The notes beneath the pieces were generated by a model. It saw nothing but the letters and a program-made list of their open reading frames with translations, had not been told where the DNA came from and searched no databases. The position numbers were made by a program, and so were the translations under genes. Shown here in pieces: positions 10,382 through 19,045 of a stretch of 64,000 nucleotides of DNA. Each line of letters starts with the position of its first letter. The stretch's first letter is position 1. The stretch is from Candidatus Eiseniibacteriota bacterium (GTDB lineage: Bacteria; Eisenbacteria; RBG-16-71-46), in assembly GCA_963717935.1 (NCBI GenBank), contig CAVQXP010000002.1, forward strand, positions 288,001 through 352,000, in the 5' to 3' direction.

Positions 10382-11445
10382 GGATCGCGACACTCTCGGA
10401 CGCCAGCGTCGAGCACACGCGGCGCTGGGTCAGCTGGTTCCGGTCGCGCGGGCACGACGTGGCCGTGTGGTCGCTGGAGACGCCGCTTCCCGGACTCGTG
10501 GTCGAGCCCCTGCCGCGGGCGCCGCTGCCCGGCTTCCTGCGCTACCCGCTCGCGTTGCCGGCACTCGAGCGCGCACTCGAGCGCTTCGCGCCAGACCTGG
10601 TGGACGCGCACTACGTGCCCAACTACGGGCTGCTCGGCGCTCTCCAGGGGGCCCGCCCCCTCGCGGTGACCGCGTGGGGCTCGGATCTGCTCGTGCTGGG
10701 CCGGCGTGGCCCGCTGCAGCGCGCGCGCGCCCGCTTCGTCCTGCGGCGCGCAGATCTGGTGCTGGCGGACGCGACGAACCTCGCCGGAGCGGCGCGCACG
10801 CTGGGGGCCGCCCCGGCGAAGGTGCACATGATCCCCTGGGGCGTGGATCTCGCCCTCTTCCGGTGGCCGGCGGAGCACGAGCGGGGCCTGATCGTGAGCA
10901 CGCGGATGCACGAGCCGGTCTACGACCTCGAGACCATCCTGCAGGCGGCGAAGCCAGTGCTGGAGCGCGATCCGCGCGCGCATCTGGTCGTGGCCGGCGA
11001 TGGCAGCCTGCGGGCCGCGCTAGAGCGGCAGGCCGCGGCGCTGCTGCCGGCGGGACGGTGGCGGTTCGTCGGGCGCCTCGCGCCCGGTGAACTGGCCACG
11101 CTGCTGGCGCGTGCCGAGGTCTACCTGTCGGCCTCGCTCACGGATTCGACGTCGGTCTCGCTGCTCGAAGCCATGGCCGCGGGGGCCGTGCCGGTCGTGA
11201 GCGACATCGAGGGGAACCGGGAGTGGGTGACCGACGGCGACGGCGCGCGGCTGTTCCCGTGCGGCGACTCGGGCGCGCTCACGATCGCGCTCGAGCGCGT
11301 GCTCGGCGATGCGGAGTGGGCGGCGACGGCGCGGGCGCGCAATCGCCGCGTGGTGGAGGAGCGGGCGGACCGGGAGTTCAACCTCGGCCGCATCGAGAGG
11401 CTGTTCACGGCGCTCACCGGCGCCCGCCACGGGGGACCGGCGTGA
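10378..11445 (+). CDS. Glycosyltransferase family 4
   Basis: DAHYVPNYG, TAWGSD, IPWGVD, DSTSVSLLEAMAAG; GTGA overlap. Confidence 0.88.
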   Translation: MRIATLSDASVEHTRRWVSWFRSRGHDVAVWSLETPLPGLVVEPLPRAPLPGFLRYPLALPALERALERFAPDLVDAHYVPNYGLLGALQGARPLAVTAWGSDLLVLGRRGPLQRARARFVLRRADLVLADATNLAGAARTLGAAPAKVHMIPWGVDLALFRWPAEHERGLIVSTRMHEPVYDLETILQAAKPVLERDPRAHLVVAGDGSLRAALERQAAALLPAGRWRFVGRLAPGELATLLARAEVYLSASLTDSTSVSLLEAMAAGAVPVVSDIEGNREWVTDGDGARLFPCGDSGALTIALERVLGDAEWAATARARNRRVVEERADREFNLGRIERLFTALTGARHGGPA

Positions 11446-12776
11446 ATCGCCGCCTGCTGCTGCTGAGCTACTTCTACCCCCCGCTCGCGGGCGGCGGGGT
11501 GCATCGCGCGCTGGGCTTCACCCGCTGGCTGCCCGAGCACGGCTGGGACTGCACGGTCGTGTGCGCCGGGCCGGAAGACTACTGGGTGAGGGACGAGACG
11601 CTCGAGGGCCGGATCCCGCCGGCGACCGAGGTGATCCGTGTGCCGGGCGGCAGCGCTCTCTCCGCGTGGCTCGGACTCGCACGCGGGCTGGGCCGCGGGC
11701 GCCGCGAGCCGGCCGGCCGGCGCTCCGGCGCGGTCTTTGGCGGGCTGCGGGAGCTCTCGAGCTGGATGCTGCTTCCCGACTCCTATGTCGGTTGGGCGGC
11801 CCGCGCGCGCCGCGCGACGGCCAGCCGCCTGGAGCGCGGGGACGTGGCTGCCGTGCTCTCGACCTCGCCTCCGGACAGCGTGCATCTCGCGGCGGCCCCG
11901 CTGGCACGGCGCTTCCGACTGCCCTGGATCGCCGATTTCCGCGATCCCTGGGTGGGGCTTCACTATCGCCGGCCTCCGACGTCATGGCACGCGGCCCGGC
12001 AGCGCGAGCTCGAGCGCCGTGTCCTGCGCGGGGCGGATCTCGTGCTCTCGGTCACACGCACGCACGCGGACGATCTCGAGCGGGACGCGGCGACCCGTCC
12101 GGGGCGCGTCGTGCACCTGCCGAACGGCTACGAGCCGGATGTGTCCCCGCGCGAGCCGGTCCGGCGCGATCCCGAGCACTTCAAGCTCGTCTTCACCGGC
12201 ACGCTCTCGCTCATGCCCGACGCGGAGACGCTGTTCGAGGCGCTGCACCAGCTGTTCGCGCGCCGCCCCGAAGCGCGGCGACGCATCCGCGCGCGGCTTG
12301 CGGGCCCGTTCGAAGCGGAGTACGAGGACCGCGCGGTGGCGCTCGGCCTCAAGGGCATCGTCGAGCTGTCGGGGCCGGTCGCGCATGCCGAGGCGCGGGC
12401 GCTGCAGCGCGGCGCGGACCTGCTGATGCTGTGGACGCCGCGGGGCTACCGCAATTGCGTGCCGGGCAAGGTCTACGAGTACCTCGACTCCGGCCGGCCG
12501 TTGCTCGCGCTGCTCGAGCCGGGCGACGAACTCGCGGAGATGGTGTTGCGCGGGGGTGGGGTCCGTCTGGCGCCCGGGGATCGCGAGGGCCTGTCCGCCG
12601 AGATCGAGCGGCGCTATCTCGCGTGGAAGGAAGACCGTGGCGCGCTGGTGCACTCGCATCGCCCGGAATGGCTCGAAGAGCACACGCGCTCGAGTCTCTC
12701 GGCGCGGCTCGCCACGCTGCTCGATGGGCTCGTGGCGCGGGCCGCGACGGACGCCGGGGAGGAGGGCGTGCGATGA
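11442..12776 (+). CDS. Glycosyltransferase family 4
   Basis: SYFYPPLAGGGVHR, STSPPDSVH, ADFRDPW, PGKVYEYL. Confidence 0.85.
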   Translation: MNRRLLLLSYFYPPLAGGGVHRALGFTRWLPEHGWDCTVVCAGPEDYWVRDETLEGRIPPATEVIRVPGGSALSAWLGLARGLGRGRREPAGRRSGAVFGGLRELSSWMLLPDSYVGWAARARRATASRLERGDVAAVLSTSPPDSVHLAAAPLARRFRLPWIADFRDPWVGLHYRRPPTSWHAARQRELERRVLRGADLVLSVTRTHADDLERDAATRPGRVVHLPNGYEPDVSPREPVRRDPEHFKLVFTGTLSLMPDAETLFEALHQLFARRPEARRRIRARLAGPFEAEYEDRAVALGLKGIVELSGPVAHAEARALQRGADLLMLWTPRGYRNCVPGKVYEYLDSGRPLLALLEPGDELAEMVLRGGGVRLAPGDREGLSAEIERRYLAWKEDRGALVHSHRPEWLEEHTRSSLSARLATLLDGLVARAATDAGEEGVR

Positions 12777-14356
12777 CCTTCACGCTCCACGGGCCGCTGC
12801 GCCCCATGACGCGCGTCGAACGCGTGGGGCTCGCCGTCGCACTGCTCCTGGCCACGGCCCTGATGTGGCCGCTGCGCCAGTACCTCACCGACGACACGTT
12901 CATCCGCCTGCAGTACGCACGCAACCTCGCCAGCGGGCACGGCCTCGTCTTCAACCCGGGCGAGCGCGTCTACGGTTGTATCAGCCCCTTGTGGGCGGCG
13001 CTCATCGCCGATGGCATGGCGCTCGGCTTCAACGGGCTGCGCGTGGCGCGGGTGCTCGGCTTCCTCGCCACGCTCTGGTCGGTGGCGCTCTTCCTGCAGC
13101 TCATGCGCCGCAACCTGAAGACCCCGGCCCTCTGCGCGGCCGCCACGGTGGCGTGGGCGGGGCACGCTTGGATGCTGCGCTGGTCGCTCTCGGGGATGGA
13201 AACGCCGCTCGCGGTGGCCCTCGTGCTGGCCGGGTTCGTGGCCTTCACCGAAGGCCAGCAGTGGGGCGCCCGCCCGGTGCGTACCGGCGCGTTGTGGGCG
13301 CTGGCCGCGCTCACCCGGCCCGAGGCCGCGCTGCTGCTGGGGCTCTGGGGCGTGTTCCTGCTCGTGGACACCGACAGCCGCCCGGGGCTCCGCCGCCTCA
13401 TCTTCGGCTCGCTGCCGCCGCTCGCCATCTACGGTGTCTGGCTGCTGTTCGCGCGCTTCTACTTCGGCACCATCCTGCCGCAGACCTTCATGGTGAAGGG
13501 GGCCGGACCGGCGGGCCTCGGCGTGCAGCTGGAGAACCTGTGGCGGCAGATCAGGATCGTGGGGGCCACCGAGGGGCTGCTGGCCGGGCTGCTCGTCGCG
13601 GCGCTGCTGGCCGGCGGCCCGAGCGTGTGGACCTGGCGGCCGTTCACGCAGCGCGCGCAGCGCATGCTCCCGTGGGTGTGGCTGGCCCTGGTGCCGGCGC
13701 TCTACGTCGCGCGCGGTGTCCCGGTGCGGTCGCGCGACCTGCTCCCGCTGCTGCCCGTGCTGAGCTGGCTGGCGTGGCGCGCGGGGGAGTGCTGGAGCCT
13801 GGGGGCGTCCGCCACGCCGCGCACGGTGCGCACGGTGGTGCTCGGCAGCATACTCGCCGCGCTGGTGCTGGCGCAGAACCTCGGGGTCTTCCACGGCGCG
13901 GTGCTGCCCCAGGTGCGCGCGCTCAGCACGGGACTGCGCGGGAGTCTCGTGCCGTGGGGCCGCTGGCTGCGCGCGAACACGCCCGCGCGCAGCGTGGTCG
14001 CCACGCCCGAGATCGGCGCGCTCGGTTATTTCAGCCGGCACCGCGTCGTGGACCTCGCGGGGCTGGTGACGCCGCAGATGGTGCCGTACCTCGAGCGCGA
14101 GGTGCCCGCGGACGCGATCGCCAACTTCCGCTTCGCTGCGTTCGCGCGCCCCGAGTATCTCGTGGACCGCGGGCCGCGCCCCGACGACCTGCGGCAGCGA
14201 AGCCGCTACGCGCCCGCGCTCGCGCTGCTCGGCGTGGCCGGTGTCCTGAGCCCGGTCCCGGAACGGCCCACGCCCTTCTACTCCCTCTATCGAGTGGACT
14301 GGGCCGCGGCCGATTCCCTCGGCGCGCCAGCGCGGTCAAGCGGCCTGAATCGCTGA
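12773..14356 (+). CDS. GT-C-fold membrane glycosyltransferase-like protein
   Basis: DDTFI..YARNLASGHGLVFNPGERVYG, SGMETPL, LTRPE, IGALGYF...DLAGLV; multi-TM. Confidence 0.75.
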   Translation: MTFTLHGPLRPMTRVERVGLAVALLLATALMWPLRQYLTDDTFIRLQYARNLASGHGLVFNPGERVYGCISPLWAALIADGMALGFNGLRVARVLGFLATLWSVALFLQLMRRNLKTPALCAAATVAWAGHAWMLRWSLSGMETPLAVALVLAGFVAFTEGQQWGARPVRTGALWALAALTRPEAALLLGLWGVFLLVDTDSRPGLRRLIFGSLPPLAIYGVWLLFARFYFGTILPQTFMVKGAGPAGLGVQLENLWRQIRIVGATEGLLAGLLVAALLAGGPSVWTWRPFTQRAQRMLPWVWLALVPALYVARGVPVRSRDLLPLLPVLSWLAWRAGECWSLGASATPRTVRTVVLGSILAALVLAQNLGVFHGAVLPQVRALSTGLRGSLVPWGRWLRANTPARSVVATPEIGALGYFSRHRVVDLAGLVTPQMVPYLEREVPADAIANFRFAAFARPEYLVDRGPRPDDLRQRSRYAPALALLGVAGVLSPVPERPTPFYSLYRVDWAAADSLGAPARSSGLNR

Positions 14357-14415
14357 GGCTGCACGTCCGTGCAGTATCTGGCGAGGAAATACCTTCGTGG
14401 CGCGCACAAATTCTT

Positions 14416-14444
14416 TTGACATCAGCACAAGGCGCGTCTATGTT
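14416..14444 (+). promoter_or_regulatory. sigma70-type promoter of the dcw operon
   Basis: TTGACA (14416)-N17-TATGTT (14439) in an AT-richer island upstream of mraZ. Confidence 0.8.
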
Positions 14445-14453
14445 GCCTCGCGT

Positions 14454-14487
14454 GTGGGATGAAGTGGTGCAATGAGGCACGAAGTGG
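14454..14487 (+). promoter_or_regulatory. MraZ operator: four GTGG-like boxes at 10-bp period
   Basis: GTGG 14454, GTGG 14464, GAGG 14474, GTGG 14484, directly downstream of the promoter; GAAGTGGTGCA occurs twice. Confidence 0.75.
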
Positions 14488-14516
14488 TGCATCGCGAGTT
14501 CTAAGGGGACCGGGAG

Positions 14517-14966
14517 ATGGCAGCGTTCTACGGCACCGAGAAGGGCACGCTCGACCCGAAGCGCCGGTTGAGCGTTCCCGTCTCTTTGCGCCGCGACTCC
14601 TTCTCGAAGAAGACGCACGACCGCTTCTTCCTCAAGTACGGCTCCGAAGGCTGTCTGCAGCTCTACTCCGTCGAGGACTGGCGCACGATGGAGGAGAAGC
14701 TGAACCGGCTGTTGAAGGGCGACCGCGAGGACCGCGACTTCGTGTTCGCGTTCCTCGAGGACGCATGTTGGGTGACGGTGGACGCCCAGGGACGGATCAC
14801 GATCCCACCGGCACTGCAGGACCGCGCAGGTCTCGGCAAGGATGTCGTACTGCGCGGCATCATCGGCTACATCGCCATCTGGAGCGCGGAGAAGTACGGC
14901 CAGAAGAAGACCGTGCTTACCGACGACTCGCTCGCCCGGCTCGAGACGCTGAAGCTCAGGGACTGA
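14517..14966 (+). CDS. mraZ: Division/cell wall cluster transcriptional repressor MraZ
   Basis: FYG...LDPKRRLSVP, EGCLQLY, VDAQGRITIP; 149 aa; first gene of dcw. Confidence 0.93.
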   Translation: MAAFYGTEKGTLDPKRRLSVPVSLRRDSFSKKTHDRFFLKYGSEGCLQLYSVEDWRTMEEKLNRLLKGDREDRDFVFAFLEDACWVTVDAQGRITIPPALQDRAGLGKDVVLRGIIGYIAIWSAEKYGQKKTVLTDDSLARLETLKLRD

Positions 14967-15010
14967 GCCCCATGGTCGCCCGACCGCAGAGAGACGAGGA
15001 CCGCATCGCC

Positions 15011-15427
15011 ATGGCGCTCAACCTCGAGTTGAGCGGAGGGCGGCACGGTGCCTCGGCGCGCATCGAGCTGCGCGAGCGCCCGGCCGGCCGCGTCGTGCTC
15101 TTCGCCCTGCGGGGCTGGCTCGACCGCTCGGCCGTCCTGCGCCTCGGTCGCACGCTGGACGACCTGGGCGAGCGCGGCATCGAGCAATTGCTGCTCGACT
15201 GCGCTCAGGTTCGCCACATCGACTACCGCACGGTGCCCGCGCTGGTGGAGGCGCTCGCGCGCTTCGAGAGCCGCGCGGGCGGCTACGTGGTCTGCGGCCT
15301 CTCGTCCTACCTGCGGGACCTGTTCCGGCTGGCGGGATGTGAGGCACGGCTGCGTTGCTGGCCTTCGGCGGCCGACCTGCTGGCGGCTCCGGCCGGATAC
15401 GAGTCGGACCGTGAGTTCGCGTCATGA
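15011..15427 (+). CDS. STAS-domain protein (anti-sigma-factor-antagonist fold)
   Basis: FALRGWLD, QLLLDCAQVRHIDY, VVCGLSSYLRDLFRLAG pattern of SpoIIAA/RsbV; GAGG RBS. Confidence 0.75.
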   Translation: MALNLELSGGRHGASARIELRERPAGRVVLFALRGWLDRSAVLRLGRTLDDLGERGIEQLLLDCAQVRHIDYRTVPALVEALARFESRAGGYVVCGLSSYLRDLFRLAGCEARLRCWPSAADLLAAPAGYESDREFAS

Positions 15428-16340
15428 ACCGGTCCTGGTCGCCGAGGTGCTGGGTTTCCTGCGGAACGGCCCCGGGCTCTACCTGGACGCGACGCTCGGC
15501 GATGCCGGGCATGCCGAGGCGCTGCTCGAGGCCGAGCCTGGCGCGCGACTGCTGGGCTGCGACCGCGATCCAGCCGCGCTCGAGTATGCCGCCGGCAGGC
15601 TGAAGAGGTTCGGGACGCGCGTGCGCCTCGCCCACGCGACGTTCCGGGAAGTGCCGGCCGCGCTGACCGCGGCCGGAGGCGGGGGGTTGGTCGGAGCTCT
15701 ATTCGACCTTGGCCTGTCGTCAAGGCAGATCGACGACCCGGCGAGGGGGATGAGCTTCATGCAGGACGGGCCGCTCGATCTAAGGATGGATCCATCGCGC
15801 GGAAGGACCGGCGCGGAGCGGCTGGAGCAGACGGGAGAGGAGGAGTTGGGTGCCGTGCTGAGAGAGCACGGTGATGTGGCCGGGGCCCGATCACTCGCGC
15901 GGGCCCTGGTCGCGGAAGCCCGACAGGGCGGGCTGAGGACCACGCGGGCGCTGCGGGAGGCCATCGACCGCGCGCTCGGCGGACCGGCCCACCCGAGGCG
16001 GTACGCACAGGTGTTCCAGGCGTTGCGCATCTGGGTCAACGGAGAGGCCGAGGACCTGGGAGCGGCGCTGAAGTGGCTGCCGGAGGCGATGGACCCCGGT
16101 GGCAGGGTCGTCACGCTCGCCTACCACTCGGGCGAGGATCGGAAGATCAAGCAGGCGCTGCGCGGTCCGGCCGGCTCACGGTTCGCGCGACGGCTGCCGG
16201 AGATACCCGGGGTGCGGCCTCCCGAGAGGCCGTGGGAAGAACTCACACGGAGGGTGGTGACACCCTCGCCTGCCGAGCGGGAGCGGAATCCGCGGGCGCG
16301 CAGCGCCCGGCTCCGTGCCTTCCGGAGAACCCAAGGATGA
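15411..16340 (+). CDS. rsmH: 16S rRNA m4C1402 methyltransferase RsmH
   Basis: HEPVLVAEV, DATLGDAGHA, DLGLSSRQ, GPLDLRMD, FQALRIWVN, YHSGEDR, NPRARSARLR. Confidence 0.95.
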   Translation: MSSRHEPVLVAEVLGFLRNGPGLYLDATLGDAGHAEALLEAEPGARLLGCDRDPAALEYAAGRLKRFGTRVRLAHATFREVPAALTAAGGGGLVGALFDLGLSSRQIDDPARGMSFMQDGPLDLRMDPSRGRTGAERLEQTGEEELGAVLREHGDVAGARSLARALVAEARQGGLRTTRALREAIDRALGGPAHPRRYAQVFQALRIWVNGEAEDLGAALKWLPEAMDPGGRVVTLAYHSGEDRKIKQALRGPAGSRFARRLPEIPGVRPPERPWEELTRRVVTPSPAERERNPRARSARLRAFRRTQG

Positions 16341-16774
16341 ACAGGAACGTACGTCGGCCTCTTGCATCGTGGCGCACTCCGGATCGACGCGCGCTCCGGC
16401 CCGAGTTGTGGGTCGTCGCGCTGGTCGCGGTGGGGATGCTCCTGGTCGAAGTGTGGCAGAGCTCGCGCATGGCCGAGCTCTGCCTCGCCCTCGATCACAA
16501 CCGCGCGGCGGTCCAGCAGGCGCAGGCTCGACTCGAGCACCTGCACGCCCAGCTCGACCGCCGCACCACCCGGGCGGAACTCGCCCCGCAGGCTAGCCTG
16601 CTGGGACTGGTTCCGGTCGACGCCAGGCAGGTGGTCCAGCTGCCGCCGGAGTACCTGGCGGCGGCGGACAAGCGAACCGGGCAGGACTCGCGCCCGGCGC
16701 TGGCGTGGGCGGGAAGGGTCTCCCGCGTCCTGGTGCCGGAAGCCACGGCCCGCGGCCGCGACCACACGAACTGA
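16337..16774 (+). CDS. ftsL: Cell division protein FtsL-like
   Basis: Single TM helix plus coiled coil; position between rsmH and ftsI. Confidence 0.65.
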   Translation: MNRNVRRPLASWRTPDRRALRPELWVVALVAVGMLLVEVWQSSRMAELCLALDHNRAAVQQAQARLEHLHAQLDRRTTRAELAPQASLLGLVPVDARQVVQLPPEYLAAADKRTGQDSRPALAWAGRVSRVLVPEATARGRDHTN

Positions 16775-16885
16775 CGAACGGAAGAGTCATAGGCGCGTCC
16801 GGACGATTCGACCGGCCGCACCACCGCACCGCGCATGTGACGGCCCGGCGGTTTGCGTGAACCGCCGTTCCACGGAGGGAAGGAG

Positions 16886-19045
16886 TTGGCCCACAGGGAA
16901 TCGCGCAGGAGCCGGGTGCTGGTGGCTGCGGCCGGTCTGTTGCTTGGCCTGGTCGTCCTGTGGCTGCGCGTCGCGTGGCTGCAGGTCGTCCAGCACCCGT
17001 ATTATGCGGGGCGCGCCGAGCTGAACCAGGAGCAGCGCGTGCTGGTCCGCCCGGTGCGCGGCGAGCTGCTGGACCGGCGCGGGCGTCCGCTGGCGCGCGA
17101 CCTGCTGACCTGGTCGGTCTCGGCGGCCCCGCGCGAGATGGCGGACCCGGCCGCCGTGGCCCGCGGCCTGGCGACGCTGCTGCATCTGGACGCGCGCCGG
17201 CTGGCGAACGAGTTCCGCGCGCATCCCCGCTTCGTCTGGGTCGCGCGCCACCAGCCGCCCGAGGTGGGCGAGGCCGTGGCCGGCCGCAAGTGGCGCGGCG
17301 TCCACCTCTCGGTGGAGACGCGGCGGGACTACACGCTGGGCGCCGCCGCCAGCGAGATCCTCGGCCGCACCGACCTCGATGACAGCGGAGTGGACGGGCT
17401 CGAGCTGCAGCTGGATGGCGAACTGCGCGGGCGGCCGGGTTGGAGCACGCTCTTCCGCGTCGGGAGGAACCGCACCGTGGGGCTGCCTCGCGGCCTGAGG
17501 CGCGCGCCGACCGACGGCCACAGCGCGGTGTTGACCCTCGATTTCGACCTGCAGGGGATCGTCGAGCACCACCTGGCGCGCGCGGTGGACACGTTGCGCG
17601 CGGTGCGCGGCTTCGCGCTCTTCCTCGACCCCCGCACCGGCGAGATCCTGGCCTCGGTCTGCGTCCCGCACCTGCCCCCCGGCAAGGCGCGCAACTGGCC
17701 CTTCACCGACCAGTACGAACCCGGTTCCACCTTCAAGGTCGTGGCCGCGGGGACCGCGCTCGAGGAGAACCTGGCGCGCCCCGACCAGTATTTCGAGGCG
17801 GGCTACGGCCGCGTCCTGGTGGCGCCGGGCTGCCGGTTCCAGGACTCGCACGAGGCGCGCGGATTCACGTTCCGGGCCGCGGTCCAGTACTCGAGCAACA
17901 TCGTGATGAGCAAGCTCGGCATGCTCGCTGGACCCGAGCGCCTCTACCGCTACGCCACCTCCCTGGGCTTCGGCAGCCTCAGCGGCCTGGATTTCCCGGG
18001 CGAGGCCGGCGGCCGGCTGCACAGTCCCGCCCACTGGTCGGCGCGCTCGTGCCCCACCATCGCCATCGGGCACGAGGTCTCGGTGACCCCGCTGCAACTG
18101 GCGCTGGCCTACGCCGCCATCGCCAACGGTGGCGTGCTCATGGAGCCGATGCTGGTGCGCGAGGTGCGCGACGCCGAGGGCCGGGTGCTGCACCGCTACG
18201 GGCCGCGCGCCTCGCACCGCGTCTTCAGCGAGGCGACCACCGCCACGCTGCGCGAGATGCTGGTCGCGGTGGTGGACAGCGGCACCGCGCGATCGGCGCG
18301 CATCCCGGGCATCGCGCTCGCCGGCAAGACGGGCACCGCGCAGAAGTACGACCCCGCGATCCGCACCTACGCCCGGGACAAGTACCTGTCCTCGTTCGTG
18401 GGCTTCGCCCCCGCCGGCGGGCCCACGCTGGTGGGGGTGGTGGTGATCGACGAGCCCCGCACCGGGCACTACTACGGCGGGGAGATCGCCGCGCCGGTGT
18501 TCCGCGAAGTGATGCTGGACCTGCGCCGCCTGCCGGACGGCCCCTTCGGCACGGGCTCGACCGAGGTGGCGGCGAAGCCACCCGCGCCCGCCGCGGTGGT
18601 GGTGCCCGACCTCCGGCTGCTGCCACGGCTCGCTGTCGAGCGCCGGCTCGCCCAGCACGGCCTGCGCGCGCGCTTCGAGGGCCGGGGACCGCGCGCGCTG
18701 GCGCAGGTGCCCGCCGCGGGACAGGCCGCCGAGCGCGGCGCCAGCGTGGTCGTGTGGCTCGCCGCCCCCGTGGATTCGGCGGGGCTCCTGTTGCCCGACC
18801 TCGTGGGCCTGCCGCTGCGCGAAGCCCTGCGGCGGCTCACGCTGTGGCAGGTGCAGACGCGCATCATCGGCAGCGGGGTCGTGGTGCGGCAGACACCCGC
18901 GGCGGGCACGCCGTTGTTGCCCGGTTCCCGGTGCCGCCTGTGGTGCGATCCGGCTGCGGCCCCGGCCGCCTCACCGTCACCGGGTCCCGTGAGTGTCTTC
19001 CCCGCGGGCGCGGAGCGCGCGGCCGCCGTGCGGACCGGACCGTGA
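16886..19045 (+). CDS. ftsI: Peptidoglycan transpeptidase FtsI/PBP3 with C-terminal PASTA domains
   Basis: RGELLDRRG, EPGSTFK (SxxK), SSN, GKTGTAQK; two VPDL/LPDLVG PASTA repeats; TTG start after GGAGG. Confidence 0.93.
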   Translation: MAHRESRRSRVLVAAAGLLLGLVVLWLRVAWLQVVQHPYYAGRAELNQEQRVLVRPVRGELLDRRGRPLARDLLTWSVSAAPREMADPAAVARGLATLLHLDARRLANEFRAHPRFVWVARHQPPEVGEAVAGRKWRGVHLSVETRRDYTLGAAASEILGRTDLDDSGVDGLELQLDGELRGRPGWSTLFRVGRNRTVGLPRGLRRAPTDGHSAVLTLDFDLQGIVEHHLARAVDTLRAVRGFALFLDPRTGEILASVCVPHLPPGKARNWPFTDQYEPGSTFKVVAAGTALEENLARPDQYFEAGYGRVLVAPGCRFQDSHEARGFTFRAAVQYSSNIVMSKLGMLAGPERLYRYATSLGFGSLSGLDFPGEAGGRLHSPAHWSARSCPTIAIGHEVSVTPLQLALAYAAIANGGVLMEPMLVREVRDAEGRVLHRYGPRASHRVFSEATTATLREMLVAVVDSGTARSARIPGIALAGKTGTAQKYDPAIRTYARDKYLSSFVGFAPAGGPTLVGVVVIDEPRTGHYYGGEIAAPVFREVMLDLRRLPDGPFGTGSTEVAAKPPAPAAVVVPDLRLLPRLAVERRLAQHGLRARFEGRGPRALAQVPAAGQAAERGASVVVWLAAPVDSAGLLLPDLVGLPLREALRRLTLWQVQTRIIGSGVVVRQTPAAGTPLLPGSRCRLWCDPAAAPAASPSPGPVSVFPAGAERAAAVRTGP

